This document shows positions 9,570-17,436 of a DNA stretch of 64,000 nt, one piece after another. The DNA lies in NCBI GenBank assembly GCA_021817045.1, contig JAKAWG010000001.1, positions 3,739 through 67,738 on the forward strand, written 5' to 3'. Under the pieces are notes generated by a model that did not search any database, was not told the DNA's origin, and saw nothing but the letters and a program-made list of their open reading frames with translations. The stretch's first letter is position 1. Every line of letters starts with the position of its first letter. The translations under genes and the position numbers were made by a program. The DNA comes from Acidobacteriota bacterium. Lineage in GTDB: Bacteria > Acidobacteriota > Terriglobia > UBA7540.

Positions 9570-11830
9570 AACGAAAACGGAAAGCGATCGTTACGGTGGC
9601 GTGCCTGTTGGGAGCGTGCTGGTTCTTTGGGGCAGATTGGCCAGTGCTACCCGTCCAGGCGTCTGACGTCGCTGCCCCTCTTCGGAGTGCCTCGCCATCG
9701 CGCACGCCGGCGCAACCTCCTATGACACCCGGCACATCATCTGGCAGCGCGTCCGCCGCCTTCATGTACGCTGCTATCCAAGCGGGTGACAAGGGACAGA
9801 CGGTCGTCAGGATCGCCACAACAAAGAATGTGCGTTTCGTGCCATTCCGGTTGTCAAGTCCGCCCCGGCTGGTGATTGACCTTGAGCAGACTTCGGTGCG
9901 GCGCTTTCAGAAGGTTGTGCCGTCGGAAGCAGGTGCCGTAAAGGACGTGAGGATCGCCCAGTTTCGTGCTGATCCGTCGCCGGTGGCGCGCGTGGTAGCG
10001 GATTTGTCCAACAATTCCCCGTTCAGGATTACGTCCTTGCCGGATGGATTGCAAATTGAGTTTGACGATAAGAATGATTCTCCGCGGCCTGCGCCTGCGG
10101 TTGCCCGGAAATCCTTGCTGCGTATCGTTCCACCCCGGCCGGAGCAGCGCTTTCGCTCTTACTCGCACTTGCCATCCCCGCCGGCGGTTGTGAACCTGAC
10201 TCGCCCGGTCAAACTTGATCTTTCGGAGCTCACGACTCACAGACCAAAGGTTATCCCCACGAGGGAGCAGCAACCCGCGCCGTCTGCGGCTGTTTTTGAC
10301 CCTGCCCGCAAGATGGCGGTCCGGCGACTTGGCGAAACAGCGGCGGTGATGCCCGCCAGCTACGATCCGCCGGCATTATCAGCGACTCAACCGGCCATCC
10401 AGTCCCTGCCAGGAGTTGAGACTCCGCCAAGCGGCCTTCCGAACGAAATCTTGGCGACGCCTTTCGTCAAGACCGGGCCGAGCCGTTATACCGGAAAACG
10501 GATTTCGCTTGACCTGCGCGAGGTGGACATTCAGGATTTCTTCCGCCTCATTCACCGCATAAGCGGCTTGAACCTGGTGGTCGATCCCGACGTGCAGGGA
10601 AAGATCACCATGGTAATGAATGACGTGCCGTGGGACGAAGCACTCGAGTTGGTCCTGAAAAATAACGGTCTTGGGGAAACTCTTGAAGACAACGTTGTCC
10701 GGATTGCCAAACAGCAGACATTGACAGCCGAAGCCCAGGAACAGGCAGAAAGAAGGAAGGACAAGCTATCTGCCGAACCACTCGTGACTATCGTTCGGCC
10801 GCTCCAATACGCGCGTGCGGCGGATCAATTGCCGACGATGGCGACCGGCGGCCAGCAAGGCGGAACGCCCCAGATCATCCCAGGAGTTGTCACCATCCTC
10901 AATGCGTTCAAGGGTTCCGTGCTGAGCGCTGACGGTAAGGCGGAGGCGGATCCGCGCGATAACGCGGTCATCGTCACGGACCACCTGTCGCAAATTCCCA
11001 TAATCGAGAAGTTCATCGATAATCTCGATACGAGATCGAAGCAGGTATCGATTCAGGTGCGCGTGATCCTGGCCAATGCTAACTTCTCGCGTACGCTGTC
11101 GTCCGCTTTGAGCGGGGCGCTTCGCAATCCGTCTGGGAGCACCCAAGGAGGGATCGGCGTAGGCAATGGTTCCATGGGAACCTTCAATAACGTTGCGCCG
11201 CCCATCGTAGGAAGCAATGCCATAAATACGCAGACCGTCACCAACGGGATTGCTCTGGGGACAGTGACTTACGCGCTTCCCTCGACTGCCACGGGCTTTG
11301 GGGCGTTTGCCATCACAAACGCCGGCGCCCGGTACATCATCAACGCTGCGATCAGCGCTGCCGAGGAGCACGACCAGGCACGTACGATTTCTCGGCCAAC
11401 GATTGTGACGCAAAACAATGTGCTGGGAGAAGTGCAGCAGGGCGTCCAGATTCCCATTCAGACGAATATCAACAACACGATCGCCGTACAGTACGTTAAT
11501 GCCACGCTGCAACTCAGCGTCACGCCTCAAGTGACTGTTGACAACAAAGTGTTCCTGAATATTTACGTCAACAACGCTTCGGTCGGCACGCTCAGCACCG
11601 TCGCTGGGCCTTCCATCAACACGCAGCAGGCCACCACTCAAGTGCTCGTGCCGAATGGGGGGACTGTCGTCTTCGGCGGCATCACCGTCACGACTCGCTC
11701 GCGCTCAGCTACTTATGTACCTTTGCTTGGAAGCATCCCCATCATCGGCAATCTGTTCAAGTCGAGCCAAGTCAACGACCAGAACCAAGAATTGCTATTC
11801 TTTGTCTCGCCCACCATACTCCACAGTTAA
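9566..11830 (+). CDS. pilQ: type IV pilus secretin PilQ (AMIN domain plus secretin)
   Basis: It has an AMIN-like N-domain (PRLVIDL..., VKDVRIAQF). It also has secretin N-domains and a C-terminal secretin core (VPLLGSIPIIGNLFKS). Confidence 0.85.
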   Translation: MKRKRKAIVTVACLLGACWFFGADWPVLPVQASDVAAPLRSASPSRTPAQPPMTPGTSSGSASAAFMYAAIQAGDKGQTVVRIATTKNVRFVPFRLSSPPRLVIDLEQTSVRRFQKVVPSEAGAVKDVRIAQFRADPSPVARVVADLSNNSPFRITSLPDGLQIEFDDKNDSPRPAPAVARKSLLRIVPPRPEQRFRSYSHLPSPPAVVNLTRPVKLDLSELTTHRPKVIPTREQQPAPSAAVFDPARKMAVRRLGETAAVMPASYDPPALSATQPAIQSLPGVETPPSGLPNEILATPFVKTGPSRYTGKRISLDLREVDIQDFFRLIHRISGLNLVVDPDVQGKITMVMNDVPWDEALELVLKNNGLGETLEDNVVRIAKQQTLTAEAQEQAERRKDKLSAEPLVTIVRPLQYARAADQLPTMATGGQQGGTPQIIPGVVTILNAFKGSVLSADGKAEADPRDNAVIVTDHLSQIPIIEKFIDNLDTRSKQVSIQVRVILANANFSRTLSSALSGALRNPSGSTQGGIGVGNGSMGTFNNVAPPIVGSNAINTQTVTNGIALGTVTYALPSTATGFGAFAITNAGARYIINAAISAAEEHDQARTISRPTIVTQNNVLGEVQQGVQIPIQTNINNTIAVQYVNATLQLSVTPQVTVDNKVFLNIYVNNASVGTLSTVAGPSINTQQATTQVLVPNGGTVVFGGITVTTRSRSATYVPLLGSIPIIGNLFKSSQVNDQNQELLFFVSPTILHS

Positions 11831-11864
11831 TGGAGTGTGCTTGCCGTTTGTTTGGATAGGGTGA

Positions 11865-11904
11865 GGCGGCTTGCCGCCATCTCCTTTTAGGCCAGCAAGC
11901 CGCC
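11865..11904. terminator. hairpin between convergent pilQ and aminotransferase genes
   Basis: GGCGGCTTGC (11865-11874) pairs with GCAAGCCGCC (11895-11904). An alternative short GGCGG/CCGCC hairpin is followed by ATCTCCTTTT. Confidence 0.35.
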
Positions 11905-11968
11905 GCGTTCCAAACGATGCTGCAGAAACTAGGCAAAGCGGCTTCCGACGTCCTGCACTAGCGTTTTT

Positions 11969-12835
11969 TCACGCGCGGCTCCCCGCCGCGTCTTGGCAAG
12001 TGCGCCGCACGTAATCCCGAAACGTCTCTTCAAGCGCCGACGTTATCCTTCCTGGCGCTTTGAACTGCCGGCGGCCGCCGATCTCCCTTACACCTCCGAC
12101 CTCGCGCGTCGTCGAGCTGAGGAACACTTCTTCAGCTTCATCCAGTGATTCGAGAACGAGCGGGCGCTCAACGACCGGGAACCCGGCTGCCGGCGCAATT
12201 TCGAGCAGAACCTCGCGCGTCACGCCGGGCAGGCAGCCCGAGGAGAGAGGAGGTGTCAAGATCTGCCCGGAAGAGACTACAAAGATGTTTGCGGAGGTAC
12301 ACTCGGCCACTTCGTCGCGTTCATTGAGTAGCAGAGCGTCGTCGTAGCCTTCGGCGTGCGCGCTTTCCATGAAGGTTGAGTTTGCGGCCCAGGAAAGCAT
12401 CTTCGCACCTGCAAACGGGCCGCGTGCAAAAATCGCTCCGGGCTGGACCTTCAGGCGATAAGAGGGAGGCCAGGAGGGCAATTCGCTGGTAAAAATCAAA
12501 AGATCGGTTGGGGGATGGTCCGGCGCGCCGACCCACAGCCCCCCGGTATTGCGAACGAGGATGACCCGAGCCATGCCTTCATGCCGCCGGTTTGCACGAG
12601 CCAACTCCAGGACCAAGCGACGCACATTACTCGCTTCAACACTGGCGGAAACATTCAGCCGCCGGCGGTCGCGCTCCATCCGGTCCCAATGACGCTCAAA
12701 CTCAAATGGCGCACCCTGATAAAGACGAAGCGTCGTGAAAATGCCCCAGCCCAGCAAGAGACCTGCTTGCCCGGGCGAAAGCCGCGCTTCTTCACGCGGA
12801 ACGATTTTTTGGTTATGGACAATTAGACGATCCAT
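11969..12835 (-). CDS. class IV aminotransferase (branched-chain amino acid aminotransferase / aminodeoxychorismate lyase family)
   Basis: The sequence looks class-IV fold-like (GWGIFTTLRLY..., ECTSANIFVV, GCLPGVTRE). I prefer ATG at 12835 (AGGTGA RBS) over the longer ORF start at 12871. Confidence 0.75.
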   Translation of the reverse strand: MDRLIVHNQKIVPREEARLSPGQAGLLLGWGIFTTLRLYQGAPFEFERHWDRMERDRRRLNVSASVEASNVRRLVLELARANRRHEGMARVILVRNTGGLWVGAPDHPPTDLLIFTSELPSWPPSYRLKVQPGAIFARGPFAGAKMLSWAANSTFMESAHAEGYDDALLLNERDEVAECTSANIFVVSSGQILTPPLSSGCLPGVTREVLLEIAPAAGFPVVERPLVLESLDEAEEVFLSSTTREVGGVREIGGRRQFKAPGRITSALEETFRDYVRRTCQDAAGSRA

Positions 12836-13124
12836 TGTCACCTGCACGGTCGTAGAGAGATGGCTTGGCATCGCAAGCTCATACAGCGTTTATCCTAACC
12901 GATAAGTTCCCAGGATGATAGACAATGGCGGGGAAAGCTGGTGCAGGCAGTTCCAAATGAGCCCAAATGGGCGCAGGCGGACGGGATGACGGTTACACGC
13001 AAGCCTGTACGTAGTGGAGACGAACGGGACCACCCATCGGAACGCAGCCTTGCAGCTCGTATTTCAAGGAGAGCACCGCCGGGCACGTTGTAGTACGCTG
13101 GCGCCGCCCGAAGGTGCGGCACGT

Positions 13125-13191
13125 GGAGAGAACGTAGCAGGTCTCGCCGCGAAAGATCCCTGAAGGCATGTTAGCCCTCTCCTTTCGCGGC
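13125..13191. other. interleaved helix elements in the 370-nt cspA-aminotransferase spacer
   Basis: GGAGAG (13125-13130) pairs with CTCTCC (13177-13182). GCCGCGAAAG (13146-13155) pairs with CTTTCGCGGC (13182-13191). The order is 1-2-1'-2', which means a pseudoknot or mutually exclusive hairpins. Confidence 0.35.
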
Positions 13192-13243
13192 AGATCACGA
13201 AGCCCTTCCTGATGGGATTTTCAGACGGGATTGACGCCCTTGC

Positions 13244-13453
13244 TTACGAAGCCTTCGTCACCTTATCGGCCTGGGGTCCCTTCTGACCCTCTACGACTTC
13301 AAATTCCACTGCATCTCCTTCTTGCAGTGTCTTGTACCCCTCCATTTGGATGGCCGAGTAGTGTACAAACACATCGGGCCCCCCGTTCTGGCCGATAAAT
13401 CCGTAACCTTTTGTGTTGTTGAACCATTTGACCTTGCCTTGGACTCTAGTCAC
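13244..13453 (-). CDS. cspA: cold-shock protein (CspA family)
   Basis: The 69-aa product reads [15 protein letters not shown] ... DVFVHYSAI, which are the canonical RNP1/RNP2 cold-shock motifs. Confidence 0.95.
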   Translation of the reverse strand: MTRVQGKVKWFNNTKGYGFIGQNGGPDVFVHYSAIQMEGYKTLQEGDAVEFEVVEGQKGPQADKVTKAS

Positions 13454-13573
13454 TTCTAGCCTCCTTGCGCTGCCTCATGAGCTAAGATTTCCGGGGAAAA
13501 TTGGCTGTGGGCGGCCGCGGTGCGCACCGACTGGCGCCGGGAGCGCTACCGTAACAGCAAACGCACACGCAGA

Positions 13574-13602
13574 TAAATAATATGTCGTCTGCGTTCTGTC
13601 AA
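13574..13602 (-). promoter_or_regulatory. candidate cspA promoter
   Basis: On the minus strand: TTGACA (13602-13597), a 17 nt spacer, then TATTTA (13579-13574). This leaves a leader of roughly 115 nt, as is typical for csp genes. Confidence 0.3.
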
Positions 13603-13604
13603 GA

Positions 13605-13612
13605 GGAAATTC
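13605..13612. repeat. left copy of 8-bp target-site duplication GGAAATTC
   Basis: It is identical to 17081-17088 and lies immediately outside the terminal inverted repeats. Confidence 0.75.
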
Positions 13613-13636
13613 GGGAATTATATACTTGACAAGTCC
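13613..13636. repeat. left terminal inverted repeat (IRL)
   Basis: GGGAATTATATACTTGACAAGTCC. The reverse complement of IRR is GGGACTTATATACTTGACAAGCCC. Confidence 0.8.
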
Positions 13637-13650
13637 ATGCATGGGTTCGC

Positions 13651-13679
13651 TTGACAGGTATAGGTAAGTCTAGTAGCAT
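13651..13679 (+). promoter_or_regulatory. candidate promoter of the PEP-CTERM passenger gene
   Basis: TTGACA (13651-13656), a 17 nt spacer, then TAGCAT (13674-13679), about 38 nt upstream of ATG 13717. Confidence 0.35.
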
Positions 13680-13716
13680 TGCTTTGGGGCAGAAAGCTCC
13701 TGCGTTGGGGGATGAA

Positions 13717-14382
13717 ATGAGGAAATGTGCCGGTACGCCTTTCAAGCACCTTGCGTTGTTATGTGTTGCGGCTGGCATGGTGCTAATAGCTTCGAGGGCC
13801 GCAACAGCCGATGTCGTTTACAGTGTCACAGGGACATTCGGAACCAGTACTACATACACCGGACCGCTCAACGGTGCACATTACAGTGGTACGTTTTCCG
13901 CGCCCCTGCCCATCGCGATCACGGGACCCATCTGCTGCACGCAGGACATTTCCACTTTCGACATTAACCTGATCAGTTCATCCGGCGTAACCCTAGCTAC
14001 TCTCTCGAGCTCGACTAGCCCTTTAGGCTCTGCCTACTTCTCTGTGGATACGGGGACGACTTGCGTCGGGGGGCCTCCCGGTGCCGGGTGCGATCTGCTC
14101 TCCTTTACCGGGGGTCTCACCTTTCCTCCTTCTTTCCTACAGTTGGTCGTGCCCCTGGACTTCACAGGCGGAAATGTCTACCCGTTCCTACCAGTAAGCG
14201 GGGCACCATCAATTGCCGGTTTTGCCGGGGCCGACCCGAACGACCTCAGCGTTGTATCCTCTGGGGTCATTAGCCCCGTCCCCGAGCCTAGCTCGCTATC
14301 ACTGCTCGGCGTCGGGTTGCTAGCTGGGCTAGGTCTTGGAGTGAGACGGCTAGTCGACTCATCTGGTATCGGACCTCTCTGA
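13717..14382 (+). CDS. PEP-CTERM sorting-domain secreted protein
   Basis: Signal peptide (LALLCVAAGMVLIASRAATA). The C terminus reads VPEPSSLSLLGVGLLAGLGLGVRR, i.e. PEP motif, TM helix and basic cluster. ATG at 13717 lies within ORF 13651..14382. Confidence 0.8.
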   Translation: MRKCAGTPFKHLALLCVAAGMVLIASRAATADVVYSVTGTFGTSTTYTGPLNGAHYSGTFSAPLPIAITGPICCTQDISTFDINLISSSGVTLATLSSSTSPLGSAYFSVDTGTTCVGGPPGAGCDLLSFTGGLTFPPSFLQLVVPLDFTGGNVYPFLPVSGAPSIAGFAGADPNDLSVVSSGVISPVPEPSSLSLLGVGLLAGLGLGVRRLVDSSGIGPL

Positions 14383-14476
14383 CCCGGTGTCGAGCGCGAC
14401 GCCCTCATCCTGGAGCATTCGATTTCTTTGCGTTTCCGCCTAGACTGCGGTTACCGGAGGGCCCACCTGTCATGAA

Positions 14477-14626
14477 TCATCTTTCTTCTGTTGAAAGCCT
14501 CTTGCCCCTGGCGGCCTTGATCTTCGGTTTGATATGCTTCCGCTCGGGCTTGACCTTCAGCACATCCGAGATCACTTCGTCGAATTTGAGGGGATAAAAG
14601 GAAATTGGTTTTTGGCGTTTATTCAT
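14477..14626 (-). CDS. small basic ORF (49 aa) translationally coupled to the PIN gene
   Basis: It is not in the ORF track because it is under 60 aa. Its ATG (14626-14624) overlaps the PIN TGA stop as ATGA. Product: MNKRQKPISFYPLKFDEVISDVLKVKPERKHIKPKIKAARGKRLSTEER. Confidence 0.35.
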   Translation of the reverse strand: MNKRQKPISFYPLKFDEVISDVLKVKPERKHIKPKIKAARGKRLSTEER

Positions 14627-15141
14627 GGTTTTGTGAAGTCGTCCGGGTGAGGACCAAGCCGCAGCTTAGAGTCTTCTATTAAGCTCGGCTGCTTTGAAAT
14701 GAATTGTGGTTCCTCAACTTGTATAAGATGCGAGATCTTCCCGAAGTCCCTGTCCCACTTTTGAATGGCATCCAGCTTGTTCAGTATTGCCGACGCTGCG
14801 TGGACGGCATCGGCAGGTCTCAGCCCGTGGTCGCGAGCTAACTCTACAGCCTTGAACGCCACGCGTTGGTCAACCTGAATTTTAACTATCCAATCCCATT
14901 CGAACATCTGACGTATTTTTCCGATTTGCTCCGGTGTTAGAACCTGCGATGTCGGTAGGCTCTTCGGGCTGGGCCTCACAACCTCGACAATCGTCCAAGT
15001 AGAAGTGTATATCCTAATCTTACCATCTCGCGCGCAACGCAGAATATCTTCGCATATCTTTCGTCTTTCTAGTTCGCTCCGGTTAAGGAAGCATATGAAT
15101 AAACCGCTATCCCAGTACACTTTCCTCGGCGGATCACTCAT
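14623..15141 (-). CDS. PIN-domain ribonuclease-like protein
   Basis: The four acidic PIN positions can be placed: YWDSG, TIVEV, PADAVHAA and KWDRDF. The start overlaps the upstream gene by 8 nt (ATGAGTGA). Confidence 0.8.
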   Translation of the reverse strand: MSDPPRKVYWDSGLFICFLNRSELERRKICEDILRCARDGKIRIYTSTWTIVEVVRPSPKSLPTSQVLTPEQIGKIRQMFEWDWIVKIQVDQRVAFKAVELARDHGLRPADAVHAASAILNKLDAIQKWDRDFGKISHLIQVEEPQFISKQPSLIEDSKLRLGPHPDDFTKP

Positions 15142-15928
15142 TCCGGATGTCCTCTAGATACTCCGCTAAAGTCTTGCCTCCCGTCATGTCTTCAACGAGT
15201 CCAGACATTTCTTCGATAGTGGGCAGATCTCGCGTGGGAGTCGTGGCGCTGATTTCCTGAACCGCGATCCAAATCGGCTCACCCCGCTGGTTCGAGTGAA
15301 CCTCTCCGTGCACGATCACCTTCTGTCTGAGCAATCGCTTGATCGTTTCTTCCGTTTCGACCTCGAATTTACATACGACTGGCTTTCCCGTGTTCTCGTC
15401 CCATATGCGGAACTCATTTCCTCTGTGCACGGTTATCGCATCTAGGTTTCCGGTGACCGAGCCGATGCTCACATATCGTGGACCAATAATCTGCTCGATG
15501 TTCCTGAAAACGGATTCGTCTATCTGCGCTTCTTGGCGTGCCTCGCCTGCGTCCGTGTAAACGGTGACTCGACCCAAATACCTAGCTTGTCCAGCAAGGG
15601 ATTTTACCCGCCAAAGAACAGAGTCGGAGTAATAGGGGTTTCGCTCCGTGGATCTGGACAGAGCACTAAGGCCCTTGAGCACTTCGGACTGGATTCTGGG
15701 CGTGTTGTCATTTACCCGGGTCGAAATAGGATGGCCCTCGATGCCCAGAAGTGGGGGGCTTTCTTTTCGCAGCACCGCAACCTCCCAGCGGACGCTACCA
15801 TATTTACGCTGCGATATTGCGGCATCGATATCTTCTAAAATCCCAAGGATATTACGAAGGGACCGGACGAGCCTTTCGAAGGTGATCCTGTCGCTTTCTC
15901 CGAGGCGGAAATATATAATTTTACCCAT
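15134..15928 (-). CDS. hypothetical protein (264 aa), first gene of the PIN operon
   Basis: GGAGAGG RBS lies 6 nt upstream of ATG 15928. I recognise no family. The C-terminal third looks beta-rich and is followed by an acidic tail (LPTIEEMSGLVEDMTGGKTLAEYLEDIRNE). Confidence 0.6.
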   Translation of the reverse strand: MGKIIYFRLGESDRITFERLVRSLRNILGILEDIDAAISQRKYGSVRWEVAVLRKESPPLLGIEGHPISTRVNDNTPRIQSEVLKGLSALSRSTERNPYYSDSVLWRVKSLAGQARYLGRVTVYTDAGEARQEAQIDESVFRNIEQIIGPRYVSIGSVTGNLDAITVHRGNEFRIWDENTGKPVVCKFEVETEETIKRLLRQKVIVHGEVHSNQRGEPIWIAVQEISATTPTRDLPTIEEMSGLVEDMTGGKTLAEYLEDIRNE

Positions 15929-16022
15929 TAGTGGCCTCTCCGTGGTACACTTCAGTCAGGCACACTGGCATACCGTCCGCGGCAGCAGACGGAATCACCG
16001 CAGAAATCGAACTTAAACAACG

Positions 16023-16042
16023 AGCTCGCTGGGAGGCGAGCT
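16023..16042 (-). terminator. candidate intrinsic terminator after the transposase gene
   Basis: A 7-bp stem (AGCTCGC/GCGAGCT) with a 6-nt loop abuts the transposase stop. On the minus strand it is followed by CGTTGTTTAAGT. Confidence 0.4.
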
Positions 16043-17017
16043 TTAGTTGTTCTTAGGGCTTGCTGCGCTTGAGTCCCGCAGCATGAGTCGTTTTCCATTC
16101 ACCCCCTTGATGGCAAGTTCCGCCCTCTCGCCATCGCTGATCTTCCGCGCATTATACCGGAAGTCGAATTCGGAAAGATAGCGGTGGAGATATTTTTTGC
16201 TCCAATGGTGGTAAACACCATTCACGCCGCGCTTGAGAATGGAGAAATATCCTTCAACGCCATTCGTCGTAATGCAAAGCCCGTTTTCGTGCCGGACGTA
16301 CTCTTCGGCGGAATGGTTCACCCGATAATGCTGTCGCGTACCGCTTGCACTTTCCAGTACCGAAGAGTCATCCGTCATCATGATTGCATTTTCTGCAACC
16401 ATTTGCTCGATGACGGGCTTCAAGTTTTTCGCCGTGACCTTTTCCACGTGCGTGGACTGGACACGGCCACCACGTTGCAGGACGGAAACCACTGGAGCTT
16501 TGTTGTCGATTCCCGCTTTTCGATCTTGCGGGCGCTCGCTTGGTTTAGTGGCGTGCGGCCCTGTCCGTAGTTTTCCCCCGATATAGGTCTCGTCGATTTC
16601 AAGAATGCCTGGGAGTTTTGATGATAACGGCTCCTGAGCCATCGCATACCGAATTCGATGCGCCATGAACCAAGCGGACTTGTACGTGATGCCGAGCATT
16701 CGATGAAGCTGGTGGGCGCTCATTCCCTTTTTGGAAGAGCAAAGCAGATGGAAGGCTATCAGCCATTTGTGCAAGGGGATTTTGCTGTCTTCAAAGATCG
16801 TGCCGACGGTTACGGTGAATTCCTTGCGGCATCCGGCGCATTTCCACACGCCCTTGCGGACGTGCGTCTTGCCGTTTTCAGTCGGATTCAGCTTGTAAGC
16901 TTCGCCCTCAAGCCCACAGTGAGGGCAGATCGGGCCACCCGGCCATCGCTTCTTTTCCAGGAATTCTCGGGCTTTGTCGTCGTCGCTAAATTGCTTAGTA
17001 AGATCAACTAGGTTCAT
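16043..17017 (-). CDS. IS1595-family transposase (N-terminal zinc ribbon plus ISXO2-like DDE domain)
   Basis: CPHCG...CAGC zinc ribbon, then EIDETYIGGK and a DDE-domain pattern typical of IS1595/ISXO2. I prefer ATG at 17017 (GGAGAG RBS) to GTG at 17032. Confidence 0.9.
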   Translation of the reverse strand: MNLVDLTKQFSDDDKAREFLEKKRWPGGPICPHCGLEGEAYKLNPTENGKTHVRKGVWKCAGCRKEFTVTVGTIFEDSKIPLHKWLIAFHLLCSSKKGMSAHQLHRMLGITYKSAWFMAHRIRYAMAQEPLSSKLPGILEIDETYIGGKLRTGPHATKPSERPQDRKAGIDNKAPVVSVLQRGGRVQSTHVEKVTAKNLKPVIEQMVAENAIMMTDDSSVLESASGTRQHYRVNHSAEEYVRHENGLCITTNGVEGYFSILKRGVNGVYHHWSKKYLHRYLSEFDFRYNARKISDGERAELAIKGVNGKRLMLRDSSAASPKNN

Positions 17018-17038
17018 GGTTTGTCTCTCCACAACCTA

Positions 17039-17067
17039 ATTATCTCAAAAATATTTGGGCTTGTCAA
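17039..17067 (-). promoter_or_regulatory. candidate transposase promoter partly inside IRR
   Basis: On the minus strand: TTGACA (17067-17062), a 17 nt spacer, then GATAAT (17044-17039), followed by the GGAGAG RBS and ATG 17017. Confidence 0.5.
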
Positions 17068-17080
17068 GTATATAAGTCCC
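17057..17080. repeat. right terminal inverted repeat (IRR)
   Basis: GGGCTTGTCAAGTATATAAGTCCC, matching IRL 22/24 in inverted orientation. Confidence 0.8.
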
Positions 17081-17088
17081 GGAAATTC
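17081..17088. repeat. right copy of 8-bp target-site duplication GGAAATTC
   Basis: It is identical to 13605-13612 and lies immediately outside IRR. Confidence 0.75.
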
Positions 17089-17436
17089 ACGACCCAATGC
17101 CCCAAACGCTCGCTAGCCACGACCGTGGAACGACTATGGGCTATCCTTAGATTCCGTTCCTGCGAGTTTCCGCTGACAGAACGCGAAGTTGTCTCAATCG
17201 GAGTCGGGAGACGTGGTGAAGGAACTGCTCAGCGCCACCCAAAGCTGCGGCTTGATGCTTGTCGTTTACGGTCTTTGAGGAAATTCGACGACCGGCTTTC
17301 TTCCTCCTTGAGAAGGGTCCTCTCGCGGAGAACTGTACGTACCTGTCATTTAGTTATTACACTTGCAGGGCGGAGTTCTGACGGGATGTATGCCCCGCCC
17401 CGAATCGAAGCTCGACCTATGCTGGGAAATTAGTAT

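Larger units (their letters stand above)
13613..17080 (-). mobile_element. IS1595-family insertion element carrying passenger genes (3,468 bp)
   Basis: The 24-bp terminal IRs match 22/24 (GGGAATTATATACTTGACAAGTCC versus the reverse complement of 17057-17080). The element is flanked by the 8-bp direct repeat GGAAATTC. An IS1595/ISXO2-like DDE transposase gene sits next to the right end. Confidence 0.8.

Noticed and set aside
12895-13122. 75-aa minus-strand ORF in the cspA-aminotransferase spacer
   Set aside because: The composition is not protein-like (Ala/Arg/Ser/Gly-rich), there is no RBS, and the region is better explained as structured RNA.
13068-13191. Glycine-riboswitch-like strings on the plus strand (GGAGAG ... 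CGCCGCCCGAAGG ... GGAGAG ... CTGAAGGC)
   Set aside because: The resemblance is partial. There is also no plus-strand gene downstream, because cspA is on the other strand, so a plus-strand riboswitch has nothing to regulate. I kept it only as a generic structured element.
17125-17433. 102-aa plus-strand ORF between the IS and the permease
   Set aside because: It is Arg/Ser-rich, has no RBS, and lies in what was the original cspA-permease spacer. It is probably non-coding.
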